DNA of 64,000 nt from Zootoca vivipara (GCF_963506605.1 NC_083285.1:1674001-1738000), one strand, 5' to 3'; positions 36,645 to 50,370 are shown, numbered from the stretch's first letter. Made by a program: numbers and translations. Notes: generated by a model from the sequence alone, not told the origin.

Positions 36645-37575
36645 TACAAGGTTGTTATTGTACTTCACCAGATCTTAACCTATTACAGTATTTGTAAGAA
36701 TGGACTCCAAATATCATTGAATTTGTCCATTGTGAGTCTGCGTTTATATCCAAGTTGTTTATATGTTGTGAGTTTGTATATAAGGCTTCAATCCAATCAT
36801 AGAAGGGAGCCACATTCCCCCCTCCCATCAGTCTTTTTGCTGTGCTAAGGGCATGGAGAGTCCACTCATATTGTCCTTTTGTAAGATTCCATGTGCTGGG
36901 TATATAACTCAAGAGGATATTTTGCTCTGTAAATGTAAGGTTGTTCTATACATTTATGTTGATGGTTTGTTACCTTCTGCCAAAAACCTTTCAATGTAGG
37001 ACAATGAAAAAACATACAGTATGTTTTAGAAAAGCATTATCCCTATTTCATCTCCAACAGCCCCATTTTTAAAAAAACAAATGTAATGGGGTCCAGTATA
37101 TTCTAAATATTATTTTTTGTTGTATGAACCTCAAATTAAGATCCAGAGACACCCTTGTTATACCAGTGAAAACCGTTTCCCACTGTGTGGTTGAAATGGA
37201 GACCTCTAATTCTTTATTCCAATCCTCCCTCAATACCTGTATATCAAAATGGTTTGCTAATAACAAATATTTATATATGTTGATGGCCGTTTTTTTGGTT
37301 CCGTAAGAATTAATCAGCTGTTTCAATATCTCTGGGGTCTCTGAGGCTGTAAAAGCTGCTGGTCCGTAGATGGTGGTTAGCAAGTGTTTTATCTGGAGAT
37401 ATTGCCATTGAGCATTTGTAGGTAATCTGTATTTGTCTCTAAAGATGGAATATGTATAAAATTCATCCTCTTCGTTTATCAACTGGTCTGACGTTAATGT
37501 ATCCAAATTCATCCACCTCTTCCACACGACCCTTTCCCCATTTTTAAAGACTGGTTTCCCCACAAAGTGGACATA
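36645..37575 (-). mobile_element. L1-clade LINE ORF2 C-terminal fragment, decayed
   Basis: ORFs 37563-37069 and 36912-36655 contain WQYLQIKH, WNKEL, FIQQKIIFRIYWTP and a CWR...HC zinc-knuckle remnant typical of non-mammalian L1. Confidence 0.7.
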
Positions 37576-38339
37576 TCTGTTGTGCCATAATTACAAGCCT
37601 CAGGACTACTACTACAGCTCCAGGATGAAAAGAGGTGGGGTTGGCAGCTTATCAGCTTGGCTCGGCATTTCTGAGGTGCTCAGAGTGCTTTGGAACTGCA
37701 TGGCCAAAACAAGTCCTAGCCCCATTTTGCAGCTCAGAACATTTTGCAGCTCATGCTTCACTTCCATGTTGTATGATCCCCTTCTGCAGCTCCTCATAAT
37801 GCTTCTAAGTTGGTGAAAAAAGGATGGTAGACCACAAAAACAAAAATGTATGCTTTTTCTGCCAAAGGGTACGTTTGTATTCTTTTAATCTTTGGTTCCT
37901 GAGTATTTTACTTTTTAATTTTCAGAACTCTTGTCATGTTATGCGATCAATTTCAGAATGGGAGCACCAACATTTTCATTGACTGAGATTTAAGTATACA
38001 TGCAAAAGCAAATTTAGAAAGCTAATAATTTGAATCAACAAATATCACCATTTTCCTTTGGGTTACAAGCCTGTACCATTCTTTCCTACTTTGCTGGTGC
38101 ACTTACTACTGCTACCATCACACAGAATGCTCAGAGGCCATTTTTGTTATTTATTATTAAAAAAATTTATACCACCCTTCATCTGTAGATCTCAGGGCTG
38201 TTCACAGCATAAAATATAAGATTTTGTGTTTTTACACAAAATACATAATAAAAAGAAAGCAAACCAATAACCCCACCCCCTCCCAAATAAGTTTTTGGGG
38301 CATTCAATACTTTACATGGCTGGATCACTCAGGCATTCC

Positions 38340-39030
38340 AAGCCCTGTTTAAAGTTCTTTGAGAGTATCAACAGGTATGTGGATAAGAGTGATCCAGTAA
38401 ACTATGTACAGTATACTTGAATGTTCAAAAAGCTATTGATAAAAGCCTTTGTTGAGGAAATTTAAGTAAATTTGGCACAATGGGATTAGAGGGCTGGCAT
38501 CTTGTGAATTTGTAACTGGCTAAAAAAGAGAAAGTAGACCACAGGAATGAATATAGTTTTCACAAGAGGGGCACAAGAGGATCTATATTGATCTATATTG
38601 AAACTAATTCTTTTTCGCGTGTTTATAAATGATCTGGTGTTAGGCATGAGCAGTGAGGTGACCAAGGATGGACGAAATCAAAAGAGTGTCTCCAAATTGG
38701 GTGAAGGAGCAGCAAAATGGCAAATGCAGTTCAGTATAAATAACTGTAAAGTCTTGTACATTGGAACGAAAACTCCTAAATTTACATGCACACTGATGGG
38801 ATGCGAACTAGTAGTAACCAATCAGCAAAGAGATATTTGTATTGAGGTGGACAGCTCACTGAAAAACCTGACATAATAATAGAATTTGAGGCCATTCAGT
38901 GAAACTGATCTTTAGGAGATTCAGGATAGAAGATACTTTACACAGTGCACAATTAATTTATGAAATTTGATGCTGCAAGATGTGATGATTACTGTACTAG
39001 AATAGTTAACTCTGAAAGGGGATAAGATTT
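38340..39030 (+). mobile_element. Old CR1 LINE fragment
   Basis: Degenerate FINDL...WQMQFSINNCKVLYIG similarity to CR1 RT. Confidence 0.65.
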
Positions 39031-39352
39031 TTACTCATGGGTTATATAGCAATATATTGATTGATTTTCCAAAATGCAAACATATATTGCCTACATTGGG
39101 TTCCAAAGTATTGTACTTGTACATTACATTTTTGACATGAAGAAGAGTAACAAGAACCTGTTAACCCTCCCTAAACAAGTCAGGTAATCAATGTAGACAT
39201 GTTGTTGTTTGTTTTACTTTTTTGGTATTGTATAATATTTCTTTTTCCAGTTCATAGGTAATGTTATAAGGACAATCCATAGCCGTCCATGTGTGGCTGG
39301 TGGATTATTTGGATGGTCATGGTTTATGTGCTGAATAAAGGAATACCAAGTA

Positions 39353-39573
39353 CAGTGGAACCTTGGGTTATGTACCGTCCTCCTTACGAATGCTTCGGGT
39401 AACGAGCTCCGCTAACCCGGAATTAGATTCTCCTGGTTGCAAATTTTGCAAGCGGATGTTGCGCAGCAGCAGCAGGAGGCCTCATTAGCGAAAGCGCACC
39501 TCATGTTAAGAACGATTTTGCGTTAAGAATGGACCTCCGGAACAAATTAAGTTCATAACCAGAGGTACCACTG
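39353..39573. mobile_element. TA-flanked MITE
   Basis: TA|cagtggaacc ... ggtaccactg|TA. Related to the 57146 copy. Confidence 0.8.
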
Positions 39574-40647
39574 TATTCCTAAGAATTACGTTCCTTAATC
39601 TCAGTCTCAACAGCAGGAGAGAGCTATTACCTTCACTTCTTGCTTGTGGGTTTTCTTCAAATGCCTGATTTCACTATTGCAGAAGCAGAATGCTTGGCTT
39701 GATGCACTTTGTTCTGTTACTCTGCTGCAAGCAGGGCATGATGAGGCAAGCCCAAGGGTGGTACTGGGCAGAAAAAAATGGCATAGTTGTTCACAGATTT
39801 CCCTCCTAGCTATGAACTGAAGTGGCCATCTGTCATGGATGCTTTAGTGGAGATTCTTGCATTGCAGGGAGTCCGACTTGATTACCCTGGGGACCCTTCC
39901 AACTCCTACAGTTCTATGTTTCTATGACTTGGGTGAGGAGTAATGCATATCTTTGTGCCACTGCTCCTTTGGTCTACAAAGAGAGTTGAGCTGGGAGTGT
40001 GTGGCGCCACATTTAACTTTTTTCCAAGTACCTCATTGATGGTGTAGGTACAGCAGAACTGGATTCGTGTGTGGCATTGTGCATTTCTGTGAAATTTTAT
40101 AGACATTTTGATTTTCAACAAATTATAAATATAACAAAAATTACCCTGTTTTCCTCCTTCCCAGAAGAGATGATCAGTCTATCAAATCTTGCTATAAACT
40201 TGTTTGTGAGCCCAGTGGATGGCAACCTGAAATTTTATTCAATAATTGCTTCACTGTTTCTTTTTGTTTTTTGTTTGGGGAGTTGTCAGCTGCTTTGGGG
40301 ATTTTATGGTTGAAAAGTGGAATAAAATATAGATACAAAAGAAGTTTGTAAATTTGGGAGACTTACTGAGAAACTGGCACTGTGTGCTCTTCAAAGGTTC
40401 TTGGAGCCAGAGAGTAGTCTGATGGAACATATTTGCTAAAATTGTTGAAGCTATACTGGTCTTGTTGAAGACTCTTTTGGTCAGAACACTGCAAAAGTAT
40501 CTCTAACTTTTAAGGAAGATCAAGGGGGAAATGGAAAATAGGGGTTAGAAAGAGGTCCCAAGTCCTGGTATCATTTGGTCTTTAAAGCTGAGAGAAATGT
40601 ATGGAAAACCTTTCTGAACAGAGCAGGAGACTTGGTCTACTACCTCC

Positions 40648-41191
40648 CAGTGGCATCGCAATGGGGGAGCGGGGGGAGGCAGTGTGCTCCCGGTGCCACG
40701 TCTCTGGGGGTGACAAGGCGGCACCCCACCGCGGCAGTGCGAGCAGCCATCACACAGCTGCATGCGGAGGATCCTCCATTCGCGGCTGCAGCCACGAGCA
40801 GAGAATCCCAGCACCATCAGTACAGCGCTGGAGTGGCGCTGTGGTGCTATGTAGCGGTTTGCCGGAGGTGGCGCACCAGTGCCGTACGAATGGTGCCAGG
40901 ATCCTCTGCTCACGGCTGCAGCTGCATGTAGAGGATCCTCCGCAGCTGCAACTGCGAGCAGAGGATCCCAGCACCATTCGTACGGCGCTGGTGCGCCACG
41001 TCCGGCAAACCACTACTGGAGCAGTGCCACCAGCAAACTGCTATGTAGCGCGCATGTGCGCCGTCGCTACATACGGCACATGTGCAGCGTATGTAGCGAT
41101 GCCACACATGTGCGTTACGTGGTGACGCCCCGTCCCCGGGTGCATGTCATGTTTGCCGCTCCGGGTGCCTGAGTGGCTTCCTCCGCTATTG
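40648..41191. mobile_element. GC-rich non-autonomous element, probably hAT-like, with internal inverted repeats
   Basis: Sharp GC-rich block starting cagtggc and ending gctattg, with internal direct and inverted repeats. Confidence 0.55.
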
Positions 41192-41882
41192 CTACAAGTT
41201 TATCTTGGAGGTCATGGGGGAATTTATAAATTCTGTGGGAGATTCACCCTAAATTATATGGTTGAAGCCAAGGAAGTATCAGAGCACCCATGTCATTTGT
41301 TCCTGACAGTTCAACTACAAGTTTCTATGGAAGCTCTGAATTCAAAGGACCAGTCTTGCACAGCGCACATTGCACGCACTCTCTCTCTCTCTTCCTCCCT
41401 CCCTCCCTTTGTTAAATCAAAAGTATGAATGGCAGCTTTTCATCTACCAGGTTCTTATCCACTAGAGAAGGCCACTGTATTTTTGCAAGAGAGATAGTAA
41501 AAAGCTCTTAGGTTCTGCAGCAATTGGATGGTCAGGCAGTCTTCATAAGGCTGCACACCACAGGAGGAGACTGAACCTCATGAATGGCTGCTGGCTAATG
41601 TGCAGATCTGCTATCATTATTTTGTCCTAATCAGCTTGTGTGTCAGTCATTTTCTGTAGGCAGACATGCTTTAAAGACTAGGGTTCTGGGCTGATGTTTA
41701 ATGAGGAGAAACAGACTGATGTACGTATCTGCCCAAACCTCACTAGCTGTTGCTTCCTTTTGAATTTCATTGGTGCGGAAGGAGTCTTTGGGTGAATGGG
41801 GTGGGCAAGGATAGAATATACTTTGAGAAATTCAAGGAAATGACTTTTATTAATTGGTAATTAACTGCCATTGTCTTTACAG

Positions 41883-41986
41883 GAATTGGAATGGACACTT
41901 GTGTTATTCCTTTAAGACATGGAGGCCTATCTCTGGTCCAGACAACAGATTACATTTATCCTATTGTGGATGATCCTTATATGATG
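41883..41986 (+). CDS. SEPHS1: SEPHS1 coding exon 2
   Basis: tacag|GA...ATG|gtgagt, 104 nt. (G)[34 protein letters not shown]. Confidence 0.98.
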
Positions 41987-42190
41987 GTGAGTTGCCTAAA
42001 CATATGTATGGGGCGGGGAAAGGTGCCTATTGGCTACCTAAATTGTGATGGGCTAGCATTGTTTCAGGCTGTTCTAGACTTTCTCAGTTGTGATTGGACA
42101 GTTGACCTGCCGGTTTTGTGAAGTCTTTCTCCTGTTAGAGGCAGAGCTTTGTATTCCAGTTATCTTGGGTTACTTTGAATCAGAATTGTA

Positions 42191-42420
42191 CAGTGGTGCC
42201 TCAGGTTAAGTACTTAATTGGCTCTGGAAGTCCGTACTTAACATGAAGCGTACTTAACCTGAAACGAACTTTCCCTTTGAAAGTAATGGAAAGTGGATTA
42301 ATCCGTTTCAGATGGGTCTGCGGAGTACTTAAATTGAAAGTACTCAACCTGAAGCGTACTTAACCTGAGGTATGACTGTAATTGGTTCTGGAAGTCCGTA
42401 CTTAACCTGAGGTATGACTG
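42191..42420. mobile_element. TA-flanked MITE with duplicated right end
   Basis: Same family as 49642, 61366 and 36188. The end gaggtatgactg occurs at 42378 and again at 42420. Confidence 0.8.
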
Positions 42421-43452
42421 TACTGTATTAGGATCACTCTTGGACTCTTAACTAAATACCTGCTCTCCATGAAATTTATTGCCCAAGGTACTCCAACCTA
42501 CTGTATTGATACAAACACATTCAGAATAGCAAGTATGAAGTCTGCAACTGGGTGCTGCAATCCAAAGAATCAGTATATACATATGGAATATATCTGCAGG
42601 TACAATCACAAGCGTGTATGGTGTTTGTGCTACAGCTGTTCCTATTACTGAAAAGATGAGTTGCTTTTTAAATGAATATCATTATACTGTATCTTGCTTA
42701 TAATGGAAACTGCTGGATGCTGACATCAAATGAAACTCCAGCTGTATGTGCAGTTTTGTGTCACACATGCCTGTTGTTTCTTTATATTGCAGACAAGCTT
42801 TCTGGTGTTCTGTTATGCTTTGTGGGGCTAGGTTTTTTTTTTTTTTGCAGATGTGTGTAACTTGAAAATTACCAGTAACAAGCAATTTGTGTCCAGTTAT
42901 GCCTGGGACAATTTAAAAGTCCTGGTTTGTGAGCAATGGCCACATTCTTTTTAAAGGGGGGGGGGGTGGCACTGCCACTTTCACTTAACTCTGATACATT
43001 GACAATTTGACACTTCAGCCTAACTCTGAAATGTTGACACTGGTTAAATATCTTCCTGAGCTTGTCTGCTGCGTCTCTTAAAGGAAGAAATACATAATCA
43101 TTCACCAATGCAATATTAAAATGTTTATTGAAACAAAAGAATTCTAATTGTAGTAGACCTGACTGCAAATGTATATTTTTGCCTGGAGGTGGTACCACAT
43201 ATATTACAGAATTCTGGACATTATTGGCAATACAGTACACTAGAAGCATGTTTTAATATAGTTGTATATTCAAAGGAAAAAAATGTTCCCTTTGAAACAG
43301 AGAATAAAAATCTTTAGTTCATTATCACTGCCTTCCTTTCCATTGTTGAAAAGTTTGGGAAAAGGATGTATCTTTTCCCCCTACCTTATTTTGTAAAGCA
43401 GCACATGAATTGATGATGCGTTGTAAATTCAATATTTTTTTTGTGTTTTTAG

Positions 43453-43560
43453 GGACGTATAGCCTGTGCCAATGTTCTTAGTGATCTTTATGCTATGGGA
43501 GTCACTGAGTGTGACAACATGTTGATGCTGCTTGGAATAAGTAATAAAATGACAGATAGG
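43453..43560 (+). CDS. SEPHS1: SEPHS1 coding exon 3
   Basis: tttag|GGA...AGG|gtaagt, 108 nt. [36 protein letters not shown]. Confidence 0.98.
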
Positions 43561-44819
43561 GTAAGTACTGTAAATACTGCTATAGGAATGCATCATGCTA
43601 ACATATTGCCTTGTGTCCCTGAAAATGAACACCAGCTTTCATAGAGAACAATGCAACTTTTATTTCAAGCATCTACAAGAGAATCCCATGTTTGTTGTTG
43701 AACATCTATCAGTTATCCTAGGATAACAAAAACCATTTTTTTCAGCTTCCGTTGTTTCATGCTCAAAGAAAAAAAAAAGAGGTCATTTAAAAAATAAATT
43801 TATATACCACCTTTTCCTCTGAGTTCAAGGCGGGACACACAGTTCTCCCCTTCCCATTTTAAAATAGTTGTAAAAAGAGTAAGCAAGCCTAGGGGAGATC
43901 AGAGGCTGGCTGAGTGTTGTGTGAACTGGGCCAGTCTGCAATTACCAGGGCCAGGTGAGACCAGACAATTTTTACAGTCAGACTAAAACATGCAAAAAGG
44001 CTTTTGCGGTTCATACCACAATTGAGGTACAGCAAGGTGCTTAAAGGTAGTTGGAATGCTTTTTCTCACACAACACTTTGGCGAGTGCATAATATCAAGC
44101 AATATATAATTTCTGTTTAATCTGGAACTCACAAATATGGGATATTTACTTGCCCAATCTTTGTTTTGCATTTTCATCTCATTATTGAATGGCACAATGT
44201 GTGGGAGGGGTGCTTTTTTGCTTGGCATGACTTGTACCATACAGAGAAGTGTTCTGCTTTTCACAATGTACATTTGTATTGTTTTGTGTTCTCCTGTACA
44301 TACCTTTCTGTATGCTTTTTATTAAAAGTTTTTGATTCAGTGGTACATAGAGGAGGCAGAGCTTTTTTTGGTCATTTCCCCACATTCCCCTATACCACCT
44401 CCCAAGCTGCCCTGAAAGGTCAAGCAGCTCCCAAGTGCAAACATTTTAGGGGTGGGGTAGAATGAGGGGAAAGAGAAAAGTTACAGAAATCTCTTCCCCT
44501 CTCCATTGATGGCAGTTGAAAGCCTCCACTTTCACAAGTAGAGCACTCCAATCTCTACATCCAACCCGTTTAAGCATAGGTTTTGAATCCAAGAAATTGT
44601 TCTTAATTGTACTTGTACTTTTAAGTTTTTGGAAAATGTGTCTCAAAGACTTTAAAATAAACTGTGAAACATTCTGCTCTGGTTTTAATTTGACCAGTAG
44701 CTCCTATGGATGGTTTGTAAGCTAAAAATGGATTCAGCAGGTGCTGGTTTGCACGTCCAGACTGGAATTTTTAAAATTGATTATAGAGTTTTTCTGCTTG
44801 TGTTGTTTCTGATCTCTAG

Positions 44820-44974
44820 GAAAGGGACAAAGTAATGCCTCTAATTATCCAAGGTTTCAAAGATGCTGCAGAAGAGGCAGGAACATCAGTGACTGGTGGT
44901 CAGACAGTATTAAACCCTTGGATTGTTTTAGGAGGAGTGGCCACAACAGTCTGCCAGCCTAATGAGTTTATAAT
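44820..44974 (+). CDS. SEPHS1: SEPHS1 coding exon 4
   Basis: ctag|GAA...AT|gtgagt, 155 nt. [51 protein letters not shown]. Confidence 0.98.
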
Positions 44975-45916
44975 GTGAGTTGAAGTATTTAATCCTATGC
45001 GAAAGGGGTTGCAAAATGTTAAAAGGGGTAGCTACTGTTGAAATTCTGGCTATTTCCGTTCTGTAACGTTATCTGTAAGAAAATTTATATTATTTAGGCC
45101 TTTGGGTTCTTGGATATTAATCATACATGTCTAACTGTAGAATCCTATACATATTTTCTTGGACATAAGTCTTGCTGTGTTCAATGAGGCTTACTCTCTA
45201 GTAAGCGTGTTTAGAATGGCAGCCTCAGAAACCTTTAAAATGAGTTACCCTTTTCATTTGGAGAAGAATGAAAGGTAAGCTTCTGTTTTTCAAAACTAAG
45301 AACTCTGGTGTCACATTCTAGATTAGAATGTTAATTGAATGTGAACATTACTGATTTTTTTAAAAGGTCCTTGAATAACATGTATAAACACTGGCTACCT
45401 TGTTATATTGTACCCTACAATGTAGAATGAACATGCTTGGAGCACTATGTGGCTGTAAATCCTTCCATGATTGCAGTTGTTGGCTTTGAAGTCTGCTTAC
45501 TATGTTTCTCCTTGATACAATAACTTATGCTGAAGTCCTAAACTCTTGAAGTAGGAGGAATGAGATTTCCTTCTACATACAGAACTGAGACCAGGATCCT
45601 GCTATGGAAGCTTGACATAAGATCTACAGTACTATTATAGGTAGCATGAGTGGCTATTTCTCATCATTCAGCACTTTAAAAACAATCCTCTGAAACATGA
45701 ATCAGTGTCGCACAACTTATTTATGCCACCTAAACAAGCACATTTCATGGGGTTTCAAAAAGTATTTTTGTTATTTAAAAATATAATCTTTGACCTTTTC
45801 TTTTACTTTGTCTTTATGATTATATTCTTTTTTAAAACAAACACGCACCACAGGTCTAGTATTTGTGACTGATTCACAGTATAGTTCTGAAGATGTTTTT
45901 TCATTGGTTACTTATA

Positions 45917-47741
45917 CAGTGAGGGAAAAGTATTTGATCCCCTGCTAAATTTGCCTGTTTGCCCTTCTCTGACGAAGAAATGACCAGGTCTTAATTTAAA
46001 TGTTAGGTTTATTGTAGCTGTGAGAGACATAATAACAGGAAAACCCCCAGAAACCCAGAAGACAAAAGTCAGAAATTGATGTGCATTATAATGAGTGAAA
46101 TAAGTATTTGATCCCTTTGCAAAAGATGACTTAGTACTTGGTGGCAAAACCCTTGTTGGCAATTACAGAGGTCAGACGTTTCTTGTAGGTGGCCACCAGG
46201 TTTGCACACATCTCAGGAGGTATTTTGTCCCTCTCCTCTTTTTAGATCCTCTCCAAGTCAGTAAGATTTTGAGGCTGATGTGTACCATAGCTACTTGAAC
46301 CTTCAGCTCCCTCCACAGATTTTCAATTGGGATTAAGGTCTAGAGCGGGGTCCCCAAACTTACCTTGCCGAGGGCCGGTGCTGCCAGTGCCAGTCGCGCT
46401 GCGAGCCGGAGCACGCATCCATACGCGTGCGCACAAGCAATTTCCGGTGCACTTCCAGGTTGCTGGAACGCCGGAAATGTCTCATGCGCATGGGCCTCCT
46501 CCGGCCTGGAAGCGCACCGGAAATGACGCTTGCACATGCGCACAAGCTATTTCTGACGCTCCCGGCGACCTGGAAGTGGGCAGCCGCACCGGTAAGAGCA
46601 GGCGCCAGGGGTCGCATGAATGAGCATCGTGGGTTGCATCTGGCTCGTGGGCTTTAGTTTGGGGAACCCTGGTCTGGAGACTGTCTAGGCCACTTCAGGA
46701 CCTTAATGTGCTTCTTCCTGAGCTACTCCTTTCTTGCCTTCGCCATGTGTTTTAGGTCATTGTCATGCTCGACCCATTTTCAATGCCCTGGCTGAGGGAA
46801 GGAGGTGCTCACCCAAGATTTGACGATGCATGGTCCCGTCCATTGTCCCTTCGATGCGGTGAAGGTGTCCTGTCCCCTTAGCAGAAAAACACCCCCAAAG
46901 CATAATATGTCCCCCTACATGTTTGACGTGGGGATGGTGTTCTTGGGGTCGTAGGCAGCATTCCTTCTCCAATCACGGCGAGTTGAGTTGATGCCAAAGA
47001 GCTCGATTTTGGTCTCATCTGACCACAACACTTTCACCCAGTTGTCCTCTGGGTCATTCAGATGTGCATTGGCAAACTGAAGATGGGTCTGTACATGTGT
47101 TGTCTTGAGCAAGGGGACCTTGCGGGCTCTGCAAGATCTCAGTCCCTCACGGCGTAGTGTGTTACCAACTGTTTTCATGGTGACTATGGTCCCAGCTGCC
47201 CTGAGATCATTGACAAGTTCCCCCCGTGTAGTTCTGGGCTGCTTCATCACCGTTCTCCTGATCATTGCAACTCCACGAGATGAGATCTTGCATGGAGCCC
47301 CAGACTGAGGGAGGCTGACAGTTATTTTGTGTTTCTTCCATTTGTGAATTATTGTACCAACTGTTGTCACCTTCTCACCAAGCTGCTTGGCAATAGTCTT
47401 GTAGCCCAGTCCAGCCTTGTGCAGGTCTACAATCTTGTCCCTGACATCCTTGGACAGCTCTTTGATCATGGTCATGGTGGCAACTTTGGAATCTGCTGGA
47501 TTGATTGCTTCTGTCGACAGGTGTCTTTTGTACAGGTACCGTAATGAGCTGGGATTACAGGTAAAACATCTCCCTTACAGCAGGTGCTTCTAATCTCAGC
47601 TTGTTACATGTAGTGAAGATACCAGGTAGCCTGACATCTGGCTGGTTGATAGGGGATCAAATACTTATTTCACTCATTATAATGCACACCAATACAGTAT
47701 CTGACTTTTGTCTTCTGGGTTTCTGGGGGTTTTCCTGTTAT
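45917..47741 (-). mobile_element. Tc1-family DNA transposon (IR/DR type) with defective transposase
   Basis: TA|cagtg start. About 200-bp TIR with internal DR aagtatttgatccc (about 45928, 46102). Partial second TIR at 47652-47741. Transposase pieces [42 protein letters not shown] and SPDLNPIE, with frameshifts and a stop. Confidence 0.93.
46346..46671. mobile_element. hAT MITE inserted in the Tc1 transposase
   Basis: TIRs cggggtccccaaact / agtttggggaaccctg. 8-bp TSD gtctagag / gtctggag. Confidence 0.85.
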
Positions 47742-47974
47742 TCTGCTTTATCTTTCCATAGCCTGCTGTAGGTGGACAGAGGGCTACTGTTACTCAGTTT
47801 GAGATGCAAATTTCATAAAAATTGTGGTCTGGCATTTCACTTCTCATAGTCCTCAGTTTTAGAGTAAGCTTTTTTGGTGGTTGAGCATTGCTGTACCGGT
47901 ATATATTCTGTGGAATTGTGATTGGGAAATAGTCACATCATAGGTATCTTTTTATATGGGTGTCTTGTTTGCAG

Positions 47975-48065
47975 GCCAGACAATGCAGTGCCAGGAGACG
48001 TGCTTGTGTTAACTAAACCCTTGGGAACGCAGGTTGCTGTAGCTGTCCACCAGTGGCTAGATATT
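47975..48065 (+). CDS. SEPHS1: SEPHS1 coding exon 5
   Basis: tgcag|G...ATT|gtaagt, 91 nt. (M)[30 protein letters not shown]. Confidence 0.98.
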
Positions 48066-49641
48066 GTAAGTAAATGCGTCTGAATGGGGTCGGAGTAAAG
48101 GATCAGAGAAATAATATGTGTAGTTTTTTATCTGAGGCAGCTATCTTAACCTTGAAAATATATACCTGTTTAATCAGTATTTGAACCAGTGAATAGGCAT
48201 AGGGTTAAACCTATTTACATAAACTGCTAGCAATTTGCTATTGAAATCTTTGAAACGGGGGTTTTGCTCTGCAAGTATAGATCAGTTAATTATCTAGAAA
48301 TTTTAAAACATATCTCTGAAATGCAGTATTAGTGGTAGTATTGAAACTTTTCACTGTAAAAGCACATCTTTATGTATATTTAAATAGGGCATCTATTTTG
48401 ATAATGTGCTTTGCATTGTGCTTGATGAATACTCAGTTTATTATTATTATTATTATTATTTAATTATTTAATTAATTAAAATTGGTATACTGCCCTTCAT
48501 GCAACGATCGCAGGGCAGTTCACAACATAAAAACAAAATGAGAACACAGAATACATAACAAAACAAAAAGAAACCAATAACCTCCTCCCACAAACACATT
48601 TAAAAGGCCGTAGACTGTGTTCAATCAGTCAAAGGCTTAAATATATGTGATGATGGCACTAGGTGAGCTTTCCTGGGGAGACCATTCCACAGGGGGGAGC
48701 CACTGCAGAAAAGCCCCATTCTCATGTTGCTGCCTCTTGTGGAGGTGCCACATGAAGAAGGGCCTTAGATGGTAGTTGCAGGGTTGGTAAACCACTAGTA
48801 AACTATATATTGACTGTTTTTTTAGGTGTGTCATCTTTTTAAAAAAGGTAACATATAAATAAAAGCAAGTTGGGCTATCATGTATGTTACATGCAAAGGC
48901 CAGGAGTTTTCTTGGCACATTTCCTACCGTCTTAGGATGAGGAGACATGAAAGAACAATTCGGGAGATTCCTTAGTTATTTGAATGTGGGATATTCCTTT
49001 TCAGATCTTACAATCCCATTTGAGTATTCAAGTACTCACAACCTAATTGAAAATGAATACAGATTGTTTAGAAACCCTTTGCTTTGAGGTGGATTAGGGC
49101 ATTCATTAGACAGATTTACTGTCCTCTGCCCACACTGTTAGGCAGACTTGAAATGCTTCTTGATTAATTGTTGCACCTGGATTCCCAGGTTGCATCCGTA
49201 ATTATGTGTGAATTATGTATTGCGGTTCATATTTGTTAACTCATTTTAAATATTTTTGACATTAAGGCTGCAACCCTACACACTTACCTGATAGTAAGCC
49301 CCATTGAATACAGCAGAACTTTCTTCTAAGTTAATATACACAATAGGCCATTATTAAGGATGGTAGAAAGCCAAGCAAACTGTAAAGAGCTCCAAAAGCA
49401 GTTCTTTAATGTGGGTGAATGGATAACATTATTGCAAATGCAGTTCAGAGAAAGTAAATGTGAAGTGATGCACATTAGGTGAAAAAAATCCCATCTTCAT
49501 TTCCACTAGCTTAGACGACTTTAGAAAGGAATTTGCCTTGAGATATGTTTGGAAGGCAACAAATAAATGACACTTGACTCCTGTTGGAAGCAAGATGCTG
49601 GACTATATAGACCTTTCGTCTACTGCACTTTAAACAAACTA

Positions 49642-49813
49642 CAGTGGTGCCTCGGTTTAAGTACACAATTGGTTCTGGAAGTCTGTACTTAACCTGAAGC
49701 GAACTTTCCCATTGAAATTAATGGAAAGTGGATTAATCCGTTCCAGACGGTTCCACGGAGTACTTAAACTGAAAGTACTCAAACCGAAGCGTACTTAAAC
49801 CGAGGCATGACTG
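49642..49813. mobile_element. TA-flanked MITE
   Basis: TA|cagtggtgcctcgg ... cgaggcatgactg|TA. Confidence 0.82.
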
Positions 49814-49887
49814 TAATTGCACCACATGCAGAATTCATGTAGTTAAAACATAGAGAGTTTGATCTTGTTTCTTCTTCAACATACTAG

Positions 49888-49987
49888 CCAGAAAAATGGA
49901 ATAAAATCAAGCTGGTCGTTACACAAGAAGATGTGGAGCTAGCCTATCAAGAAGCAATGATGAATATGGCAAGACTCAACAGAACAG
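49888..49987 (+). CDS. SEPHS1: SEPHS1 coding exon 6
   Basis: ctag|CCA...ACAG|gtatga, 100 nt. [33 protein letters not shown]. Confidence 0.98.
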
Positions 49988-50370
49988 GTATGAGAATGGG
50001 GTATACATGCTTCACGATAAAACTTTTTGGAGTTAAACATGGCTAAATAAGTCACTAAGAGGCAAACAGTTTTTGAAAAGCATGGACACTGTATTAGAGC
50101 TAGAAAAATATTAGTGTTGCAGTAAATCAGATTTTCAAAGTCCTCCAAGGACAAGTTACAACAGTTTCAAATTCAATTTGGAAAATAATTCAGATAAATT
50201 ACAGTCACAGGAATAGGGTGGGTCCTGAAACCACATATCTTGGGTCAAAGTTCAGAGTAAAGTGATGAGTCTTGAAACTTCACAGTACATAACTCTAAAC
50301 TGGTTCACATAGTGGTGGAAAAGAAACTCCAGAATTCATCGTAACGTTTTCTCCTGTTTTCCATTTCCAG

